Source of the DNA: Caedibacter taeniospiralis
GTDB lineage: Bacteria > Pseudomonadota > Gammaproteobacteria > Francisellales > Francisellaceae
Assembly (NCBI RefSeq): GCF_002803295.2
Contig: NZ_PGGB02000007.1
Location: 1 to 32,000 of the forward strand
DNA: 32,000 nucleotides
Reading direction: 5' to 3'
Translations under genes and position numbers: made by a program
In this document: in pieces, positions 8,859 to 16,032 of the stretch
Position numbering within the stretch: position 1 is the first letter of the stretch
How the letters are laid out: every line of letters starts with the position of its first letter
The notes under the pieces: generated by a model
What the model was told of the DNA's origin: nothing
The model's database searches: none
Seen by the model: the letters and a program-made list of their open reading frames with translations, nothing else

Positions 8859-10071
8859 AATATGGAGCGGTTAGACTTTGAATGATTACCGTACCCAAAA
8901 TAACCATAAACACGATCAGGACAAGAAGCTCACCTTCTTCTGAAAAATGCAAATTCTCAATCACCTTGATGGAAAGCAGTGCTGCTACGGCAGCGGCAAC
9001 GATTCCGCGCGGCGCGATCCAGCTTACCATCACCCGTTCTGACCAGTTGAGTTCACTGCCTAAGGTTGAGATCCCTGCAGCAATGGGGCGCACGATGATC
9101 TGTAACAAAAGCACCAGAATAATGGCTTTCCACCAAACCGCTTCAAGGTGTTCAAAGCTTATATTAGCACCCAGAATAATAAATAAGTTTGAGATTAAAA
9201 TAAGGCTCAGTGATTCTTTAAAATCGAGAATCTCTTCAATATGTGCATTGGGCATATTGCCAACAATCACGCCCATAACTGTTACGATTAAAAGTCCTCC
9301 ACCTTCAACAATGCGCTCAGCAACCACAAAGCTTGTGATCACAAAGGACAGCACGAACATGTTATTCAGATATCCAGGAACCCATTGCCTTTTCAAAATA
9401 GTTCCCAGCAGGAAACCCGCGATCAGTCCGCCAATTCCTCCCACAATAAACACCAGCAAGATATGTGTGATAATATTCCAAAGCGCATTGTATTGGGACG
9501 CAGTAATCGCCGTAAAAACAATCACTGCCAAAAGTGCACCAATTGGATCAACCAGCATCCCTTCCCAGCGAATGACATTCGCAAGCTTTTCTGTTGGTCT
9601 TACACTGCGCAAAATCGGTACAACTACTGTGGGACCACTCACCGAAGAGATTGCACCAATAAGAGCCGAGACCTGCCAGGAAATATTGAAAATAAAATGC
9701 ACCAGAAGCGTAGTTAAAATCGCTGTGACCAGGAGTCCAATGGTTACAATATTTCTCACTGTTCCGCCTAAGCCTTTAATTTCTTTAAACTTCAAGCTCA
9801 TGCAGCCTTCAAACAGGATGACTGCCACGCAAATAGAAACAATCGGATAGAGTGTGTCTTTAAAGAGGAAAGTTGGACGTAAAAATTGGTAATGCTCACC
9901 CAAAACAAGCTGGCTCACAGGACCCAATACAATTCCAACGACCAATAAAAACAGGATTGCTGGCAATTTCATCCGCCATGCCAGCCATTGACAAATAAAG
10001 CCCAGCAATAAGATCACCATAAATACAACTGGGATATATGTGGTCGATGCGAAAAAATTATTTACTCCCAT
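8827..10071 (-). CDS. CPA1-family Na+(K+)/H+ antiporter, membrane domain
   Basis: 414 aa, roughly 11-12 predicted hydrophobic helices, and typical Na_H_exchanger sequence (LPAILFLLVVGIVLGP..., SWIAPRGIVAAAVA). The ORF ends abruptly where homologues normally continue into a cytoplasmic domain. Confidence 0.8.
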   Translation of the reverse strand: MGVNNFFASTTYIPVVFMVILLLGFICQWLAWRMKLPAILFLLVVGIVLGPVSQLVLGEHYQFLRPTFLFKDTLYPIVSICVAVILFEGCMSLKFKEIKGLGGTVRNIVTIGLLVTAILTTLLVHFIFNISWQVSALIGAISSVSGPTVVVPILRSVRPTEKLANVIRWEGMLVDPIGALLAVIVFTAITASQYNALWNIITHILLVFIVGGIGGLIAGFLLGTILKRQWVPGYLNNMFVLSFVITSFVVAERIVEGGGLLIVTVMGVIVGNMPNAHIEEILDFKESLSLILISNLFIILGANISFEHLEAVWWKAIILVLLLQIIVRPIAAGISTLGSELNWSERVMVSWIAPRGIVAAAVAALLSIKVIENLHFSEEGELLVLIVFMVILGTVIIQSLTAPYFGKAFACLGA

Positions 10072-10138
10072 CTAAGTGTTCAACCTCAAATTTAAACTAA
10101 GCGTCATTGTAACAAACCACCTCGTAAGCGAAAATGCT

Positions 10139-10245
10139 GGCTTAGGCAAATAATTCGCCCAAGTGTGCCAGTGTGAGTAATCAGTGTCACACTCACAGCG
10201 ACAACTCACACTTAGTGATGGGCAGAAATGTAGTCATTGCCAAAA
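10139..10245. mobile_element. MITE-like palindromic element, intergenic copy (about 107 bp)
   Basis: Aligns end to end with 14405-14517 inside glnE (ggctt..caaataattcgcccaag...gtgtgagtaatcagtgtcacactcac...aactcacactta...ggc.gaaat.tagtca.tgcc.aaat). It has imperfect terminal inverted repeats (aataattcgcccaag..gtgtgagt / actcacactt..ggc.gaaat.t). Confidence 0.75.
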
Positions 10246-10255
10246 TGGCACTGCC

Positions 10256-11008
10256 TTAATTCTCTTGTCCATCAAGAATATCAAGAACCGCAGCATCACT
10301 ATCAAAACCACCTTCTGGTACTTTCTTAGGTTTTACCTGTAAGGTTTTCTCCAGCTCATAATCATAATTTTGCAAATACACATTACGTATGGCAACATAC
10401 GGATCAATGGCACTATTCACCAATTTTTCATAGCCACCAAGATATTGAACGCCTTCATTCACCTTATAAATACCCCAAGCCCCCCAGATAACTGCTTCTG
10501 GAAGATGCCCAACATAATTCAATGGATTAAACACGCCATCTATCAAATCACCTGTTGCGGCAGAAAACGTATAGGGTCCCAAAATGGGCACAACAAAATA
10601 AGGCGAATAACGATAACCCCATTTTGCAAGCGTAAACCCAAAGTTTTGCGTTCTTCTGGGCAGTCCCATGTTTTTAGCCACATCAAACAAACCAAACACT
10701 CCAAAAACACTATTGGCTAGAAGTCTTGCGGTATCTCGCCAGAGATAGTCAAAATTCCACTGCAATAAATCGTTGGCAACTCGCCCAGGTTCCAGAATGT
10801 TATTATAGGTGTTATTAACCCCTTGCTGCACCTGATCTGGCACCATATAATCGTAACCCTTAGCCACAGGGATAAGCGCATAATCATAAGTCACCTGATT
10901 AAATTTAAATATAACCCGATTGTACCCTTCCCACGGGTCTCTATCCTGCTGGGTTGCACAACCACTTAGCAAAAACATTGCCCAAAAACCTATTGCCTTA
11001 TATTTCAT
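10256..11008 (-). CDS. mlaA: Outer-membrane lipoprotein MlaA (VacJ)
   Basis: Lipobox LLSGC followed by the MlaA signature DPWEGYNRVIFKFN; 250 aa. Confidence 0.85.
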   Translation of the reverse strand: MKYKAIGFWAMFLLSGCATQQDRDPWEGYNRVIFKFNQVTYDYALIPVAKGYDYMVPDQVQQGVNNTYNNILEPGRVANDLLQWNFDYLWRDTARLLANSVFGVFGLFDVAKNMGLPRRTQNFGFTLAKWGYRYSPYFVVPILGPYTFSAATGDLIDGVFNPLNYVGHLPEAVIWGAWGIYKVNEGVQYLGGYEKLVNSAIDPYVAIRNVYLQNYDYELEKTLQVKPKKVPEGGFDSDAAVLDILDGQEN

Positions 11009-11122
11009 TTTTTACTGATTTTCCTCCTGTTGGCTGGCAGTATAACTTATTTTTCTATAAGACATCACTCCATTCTAAAGCTTTTACACATAATGTCTGG
11101 GGGATAACACAGCTCATAGGAT

Positions 11123-11191
11123 GGATAAGCCGAAGGCGCATCTGCCAATACCCAACCTGTTTGCTTTCTCGCGTGGATGCGCCTTCGGCTT
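11123..11191. repeat. Perfect 16-bp inverted repeat (aagccgaaggcgcatc / gatgcgccttcggctt) with a 33-nt spacer, in the mlaA-emrB divergent intergenic region
   Basis: The arms at 11127-11142 and 11176-11191 are exact reverse complements. The element is GC-rich relative to its surroundings. Confidence 0.8.
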
Positions 11192-11346
11192 GACCACCCT
11201 ACACGAAGTGCGTCATTAAGTTGACGGTCTATTGTGCGTTGATTGACACATAAATCAGTAAATGCCTTTACTGTTTGTAACTGGCTATACAACCCACAAA
11301 ATTACTTTTACAATCTGGTGTTTTAGCTTTAGGTGCTTTTACTTTA

Positions 11347-12867
11347 ATGACACAACAACACCCTCTCTCATCAACGATGAAATGGCTTATTACTGTCACG
11401 GTGATGCTTGCTGCAATGATCGAGATTATTGATACCACCATCGTCAATGTTGCCTTACAGGATATGGCTGGCTCTCTTGGTGCAAGTACGGAAGAGATAT
11501 CATGGGTAGTAACTTCTTACATCGTATCTGCTGCCATTTGCATGCCATTGACAGGTTTCTTTGTCCGCACCATGGGTCGACGACGCTTGCTACTCATTAA
11601 CATTGTTGGGTTTTTAATTTTTTCAATGCTCTGTGGCTTAGCAAGCTCTTTGAACGAAATGGTTTTCTTTAGAATTATGCAGGGAATTTTTGGCTCCTCT
11701 TTAGTCCCTCTGTCTCAATATGTGCTAAGAGATACCTTTCCTCCTAACGAACAAGTAAAAGCCATGGCTGTTTGGGGAGTAGGCATTATGGCAGCACCTG
11801 TACTTGGTCCAACACTGGGTGGCTACATTACTGATTGGATGAACTGGCGTTGGATCTTTTATATCAATATCCCAGTCTGTATTATTGCAATCATTATGGT
11901 CATCATGTTTATTAGTGAAACCAATCGTGAAAGACTCAATATAGATTGGATTGGTTTGGGACTGATGACATTAACTATTGCCACCTTACAAATTTTTCTT
12001 GATCGAGGTAACAATGACGGCTGGCTGTCTTCACAGTTTATTGTTGCCATGCTGATGTTTTGGGTGGTTACAGGTCTCATCTTTATTTTCCGTGGCTGGT
12101 TTAATCCTAAAAATATTCTTAATTTACATTTATTCAAAGATAGAAACTATGCAGCCTCTTGCGTTCTTCTGGTCTTTTACACCACAGGGATCTTTGGATT
12201 AATGACGGTTCAACCTCTTATTATGCAAGGGATTATGAATTACTCTGCGGCTTTATCTGGTGAGCTTATGATGCCTCGGGGTATCGCCGCAGCAATTGCA
12301 ATGATGACGATCGCACCACTTGCTAAGCGGATTGATCTACGAATTATTATTTTCTTAGGCATCGTGATTACCGCCTATGGCAATTATCTTTACGCTCAAA
12401 TCCCACTGATGAGCGACACCTGGAACTTAATGTATCCTGGGATTATTCAAGGCATTGGCATGGGTTTTTTCTTTGTTCCTGTTTCAACCATGGCACTGCA
12501 AACCTTAAAACCACATGATCTTGCTGAGGGTAGCGGAATGTTTAGCTTTTTTAGAAACTTAGGGACCTCAGTAGGCACATCGGTGATGATTACGGTATTA
12601 ACTCAACAAGCACAAGTCGCCTGGCACAGCATGATTAAATACATTAATCCCAGCAATCCAAACTACCAACTCTGGTTACAACACATTAACTGGCAAGCTC
12701 AGGATCCCACAACACTTAGCGTAATCGCCCAAAGCATCAGCACACAAGCCAATATCATCGCTTTTGATGATGTCGCTTATTTGTCTTATTTGTTACTCAC
12801 CCTTTCCATTCCATTTATCTTTATGCTTAAAAAACCCACAAGTACAGGGCTTAGCATGGATCATTAA
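11347..12867 (+). CDS. DHA2-family (EmrB/QacA-type, 14-TMS) MFS efflux permease
   Basis: 506 aa. The N-terminal region reads IDTTIVNVALQDMAGSLGAS...ISWVVTSY and the MFS motif A region reads GRRRLLL. No adjacent EmrA-like adaptor gene is present. Confidence 0.85.
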   Translation: MTQQHPLSSTMKWLITVTVMLAAMIEIIDTTIVNVALQDMAGSLGASTEEISWVVTSYIVSAAICMPLTGFFVRTMGRRRLLLINIVGFLIFSMLCGLASSLNEMVFFRIMQGIFGSSLVPLSQYVLRDTFPPNEQVKAMAVWGVGIMAAPVLGPTLGGYITDWMNWRWIFYINIPVCIIAIIMVIMFISETNRERLNIDWIGLGLMTLTIATLQIFLDRGNNDGWLSSQFIVAMLMFWVVTGLIFIFRGWFNPKNILNLHLFKDRNYAASCVLLVFYTTGIFGLMTVQPLIMQGIMNYSAALSGELMMPRGIAAAIAMMTIAPLAKRIDLRIIIFLGIVITAYGNYLYAQIPLMSDTWNLMYPGIIQGIGMGFFFVPVSTMALQTLKPHDLAEGSGMFSFFRNLGTSVGTSVMITVLTQQAQVAWHSMIKYINPSNPNYQLWLQHINWQAQDPTTLSVIAQSISTQANIIAFDDVAYLSYLLLTLSIPFIFMLKKPTSTGLSMDH

Positions 12868-12891
12868 ATCAGTGTCACCTACGCTAAGACA

Positions 12892-12939
12892 CTACCCCGT
12901 CGACCTGCGGTCGCCACCCCTTCGCTTGCGAAGGGGAAT
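12892..12939. repeat. Third copy of the 48-bp REP-like unit, just after the MFS gene stop
   Basis: ctaccccgtcgacctgcggtcgccaccccttcgcttgcgaaggggaat has the same ends as 4561-4608. Both hairpins are preserved by paired substitutions. Confidence 0.8.
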
Positions 12940-13034
12940 TAAATCCATGTTTTTGCCAGAGATTTTAATTGTTTCAGTCAGCTGCTTCCGCTTACAATAA
13001 AGCCACTGATTGAGATCTAACTGATGAAGTTAAT

Positions 13035-15851
13035 ATGCAGTTTGATGAATTTTGCCAAAGCTTTGAGTTGACACACTTAGATATAAAAGTTTCAGCAAAA
13101 TTATTGAATACTTTTAACACCAGCTGCTTTTTTGCTCGTTTTATCCAACAACATCCCCAGCTTCTCAAGCATACCGATTGGTTTCTCATTGATGACATCA
13201 GTGTTTTGCAACAAGAAATTAAAGCTCTTTTTGCACAGAGCAAAAGTTATGATGAGCTTGCAAAGACTTTACGCAACTATCGCCAACAAGTGCATGCCAA
13301 ACTTGTGTTCCAACAGCATCATAAGATTGCCAACTTTGAGACTATTGCCGAGACTATTTCTGCTATAGCAAAGCATATTTTATTTTACGCACAACAATAT
13401 TTATTAAAAAAACTAAGTGAAACTAAAACCCTCCATAAACTCCCGCAAGATCTCGGTATCATCACCATGGGAAAGCTCGGTGGAAATGAGCTTAACTTCT
13501 CTTCTGATATTGACCTTGTGTTCATCCAGGTAAATAACGACCCATTGACAGACCACCTTGGTAAAACCTATAGCGCCATGCGTTTTTATACTGAGCTTGG
13601 TCAAAAGCTTATTGCCTTACTTAATGAAACGACAATCGATGGATTTGTTTATCGAGTTGATATGCGTTTGCGTCCCTTTGGTGAGGGCGCACCTTTAGTC
13701 ATCGATATAGAAAGCTTTAAACATTATCTTATGAATCATGCGCGAGCTTGGGAGCGCTATGCTTATATTAAAGGCGACATTTTACATCCATCTCATCAGG
13801 TTAAAGAGATATTAGATCACATGATCAAGCAGTTTGTTTATCGCCATTACCATGACTATCGCATGCTGAATGCTATTCGTGAGATGAAACAAAAAATCTT
13901 ATCCGAAATGAAACAGGTAAACTTAACAGACAACATAAAATTAGGTCGTGGTGGCATTCGTGAAATCGAGTTTATCTGTCAATGCTATCAGTTGATTTAT
14001 GGCGGTCAAAATATCACTTTGCAACATCGTAAGCTAAAACAAGCACTGCGTTCATTAACCCATGCTGAGGTTATTTCTGTCGATACTCAAAAATATCTCT
14101 ATCAGCACTATGTTTTTTTGCGCAACGTTGAAAATGCCCTGCAAATGTTTGATGATCAACAAACGCATCAGCTGCCAAGCAGCAAGCACACACAGAACGC
14201 CATCGCCTGCTTATGCGGTTTTGATGACTGGCAAATGCTTATCACACAAATCACCCAGACAAGGGAAAAAGTGGCAGGGCTTTTTGACAAACTCACCCGC
14301 TTTAACCTCCATAACGTTGAGCAAATGCAAGACTCAGCAATCTCTGCCACCTTGATGACGGACAACACTCTCCCCGCCTGCGCTTATAATCATACGGAAA
14401 TTAAGGCTTGTACAAATAATTCGCCCAAGCGTATCGGTGTGAGTAATCAGTGTCACACTCACACTCACACTCACAACTCACACTTAGCAATTGGCGGAAA
14501 TATAGTCACTGCCGAAATTAACAACTTCTTTGCTGAACATATCCTTGCTCAAGAAGTTCTACCCGCTATTGAAGACTTAATTAACCTGTGTGTAGAGCGC
14601 TATCCACAGCTTTTAACCAATCTACTAAAGCTGCTGCATAACTTGAGCAAACGACAAACTTATTTATTTTTGTTCCTTGAATATCGCTCACATCATCTGG
14701 ATTTTTTGACCTTACTCAATCAAGGCGCACGAATCGTAGAAATACTAACGGAACACCCGTTTTTACTTGAGCGCGCATTCATATACAAACACCATGACGA
14801 AGTCTATATCGATATTGCTTATCTTCGCAGCAAACTGTACAGACACCTCCAAGCTATTAACCTTGAGGATGTCGAGGCTTTCTTAGAATGTTTGCGTCGA
14901 TTTAAGCTTGAACAGATATTTAACATTATCGTCAGTGAATCACAAGGGCACATATCCTTAATGGAAGCCAGTGATTTATTCAGTCATCTGGCAACCGTTT
15001 TAATTGAAATTGCCCTTGATGGAGCATGGCGTGAGATTTTTCGATATGTCGATATAACATCCGATCTACAGCAAGCTTATCGAGACTCTCTAGCGGTCAT
15101 TGCCTATGGCAAACTTGGCGGGCTTGAGCTCAGTGTTGCCTCTGACTTGGATCTGGTGTTTATTCATGATAAAACCCATACGGAATTATCCTCACGCTTT
15201 TTTGTGCGCGCTGTGCAAAAATTTGTCCATTTTATGCAAATTAAAACCTATCACGGCGCCCTGTACGATATTGATTTACGCCTGCGTCCTGAGGGAGATA
15301 ATGGTTTTATTGCCCCAGGTTTTGATCGCTATGAGGAATATCTTTATCACTCTGCCTGGACTTGGGAGCACCAGGCATTAACACGCGCACGCTTCATTTG
15401 TGGAGCCTCCCGTATTCAACAGAAATTTGATCAACTGCGTACTCAAGTTTTGTGTCAATCTCGTGCGCTTCCCGCGCTCAAAAAAGATATTCGTGAGATG
15501 CGCCAAAAAATGCGCACTCATCTACTTAAAGCTCCTTCGCATCTATTTGATTTAAAACAAAGCCCAGGTGCTATGGTGGATATTGAGTTTATTGCCCAGT
15601 TTTTTGCGCTTTATTATAGCCATAAAGTTCCTGCAATAGGTTACTACAGCGACAGTATTCGCATTATCCAAACCATCGAATCTGCACAGTTACTTGATAC
15701 TAAAACGGCAAACGTGCTGATTGATAACTATTGCTATTACCGTGATTTAGGGTTTAAATGCTACCTTCGCAAACAAGAAGCCGTTGTTCCCTTAGATACT
15801 TGTAAACAGAGAATGTTAGAAGTACAGGAAATATGGAGCAATCTATTTTAG
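13035..15851 (+). CDS. glnE: Bifunctional glutamine synthetase adenylyltransferase/adenylyl-removing enzyme GlnE
   Basis: 938 aa with two nucleotidyltransferase modules (GKLGGNELNFSSDIDLVF...RVDMRLRPFG and GKLGGLELSVASDLDLVF...DIDLRLRPEG). Confidence 0.9.
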   Translation: MQFDEFCQSFELTHLDIKVSAKLLNTFNTSCFFARFIQQHPQLLKHTDWFLIDDISVLQQEIKALFAQSKSYDELAKTLRNYRQQVHAKLVFQQHHKIANFETIAETISAIAKHILFYAQQYLLKKLSETKTLHKLPQDLGIITMGKLGGNELNFSSDIDLVFIQVNNDPLTDHLGKTYSAMRFYTELGQKLIALLNETTIDGFVYRVDMRLRPFGEGAPLVIDIESFKHYLMNHARAWERYAYIKGDILHPSHQVKEILDHMIKQFVYRHYHDYRMLNAIREMKQKILSEMKQVNLTDNIKLGRGGIREIEFICQCYQLIYGGQNITLQHRKLKQALRSLTHAEVISVDTQKYLYQHYVFLRNVENALQMFDDQQTHQLPSSKHTQNAIACLCGFDDWQMLITQITQTREKVAGLFDKLTRFNLHNVEQMQDSAISATLMTDNTLPACAYNHTEIKACTNNSPKRIGVSNQCHTHTHTHNSHLAIGGNIVTAEINNFFAEHILAQEVLPAIEDLINLCVERYPQLLTNLLKLLHNLSKRQTYLFLFLEYRSHHLDFLTLLNQGARIVEILTEHPFLLERAFIYKHHDEVYIDIAYLRSKLYRHLQAINLEDVEAFLECLRRFKLEQIFNIIVSESQGHISLMEASDLFSHLATVLIEIALDGAWREIFRYVDITSDLQQAYRDSLAVIAYGKLGGLELSVASDLDLVFIHDKTHTELSSRFFVRAVQKFVHFMQIKTYHGALYDIDLRLRPEGDNGFIAPGFDRYEEYLYHSAWTWEHQALTRARFICGASRIQQKFDQLRTQVLCQSRALPALKKDIREMRQKMRTHLLKAPSHLFDLKQSPGAMVDIEFIAQFFALYYSHKVPAIGYYSDSIRIIQTIESAQLLDTKTANVLIDNYCYYRDLGFKCYLRKQEAVVPLDTCKQRMLEVQEIWSNLF
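14405..14517. mobile_element. MITE-like palindromic element inserted in-frame in the glnE interdomain linker (about 113 bp)
   Basis: Sister copy of 10139-10245. It is translated as ...ACTNNSPKRIGVSNQCHTHTHTHNSHLAIGGNIVTAEI... between the two GlnE nucleotidyltransferase halves. Confidence 0.75.
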
Positions 15852-15894
15852 CGTAAGTTCAAAGCAAGTATTTTCAAGTGGTTCCAGGTCTTTA

Positions 15895-15954
15895 CTTCTC
15901 CCTTGATGGGAGAAGTCGCCAAAACGTGTTTTGGCGGATGAGGGAGAATTTTTT
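15895..15954 (+). terminator. Nested hairpin element followed by T6, downstream of glnE; a possible intrinsic terminator
   Basis: cttctccc(15895-15902)/gggagaag(15908-15915); 9-bp-arm palindrome cgccaaaac-gt-gttttggcg (15917-15936); a second gggagaa (15942-15948) followed directly by tttttt (15949-15954). Confidence 0.45.
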
Positions 15955-16032
15955 ACCTCAAAAATAAACTCGCATTTTACCCTTTATAAATCCATTTAAA
16001 TCTATCAGAATATTGACATTCAAACCTTCTGT

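Noticed and set aside
8882-9850. A 322-aa ORF on the + strand, plus a nested 110-aa ORF at 9385..9717, antisense to the antiporter gene
   Set aside because: It is a shadow ORF opposite a well-supported membrane-protein gene. The translation is low-complexity (Ser/Thr/Ile/Pro-rich), has no recognisable motifs and no RBS.
10954-11292. Two overlapping ORFs (79 aa on + and 75 aa on -) in the mlaA/MFS intergenic region
   Set aside because: Both are generated by the GC-rich 16-bp inverted repeat and read through each other on opposite strands. This is typical of spurious ORFs over palindromic repeats.
12865-12880. A 12-mer aatcagtgtcac next to the REP unit that matches the core of the 107-bp MITE-like element
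   Set aside because: The match is short and isolated, and no flanking similarity to the rest of the element is visible. That is insufficient to call it a degraded copy.
15917-15936. Calling the cgccaaaac-gt-gttttggcg palindrome a genuine PurR operator for purL
   Set aside because: The spacing differs from the 16-bp PUR box by two central base pairs, and it lies within a repeat-like or terminator-like structure. It is kept only as a low-interest hypothesis, not as an annotated feature.
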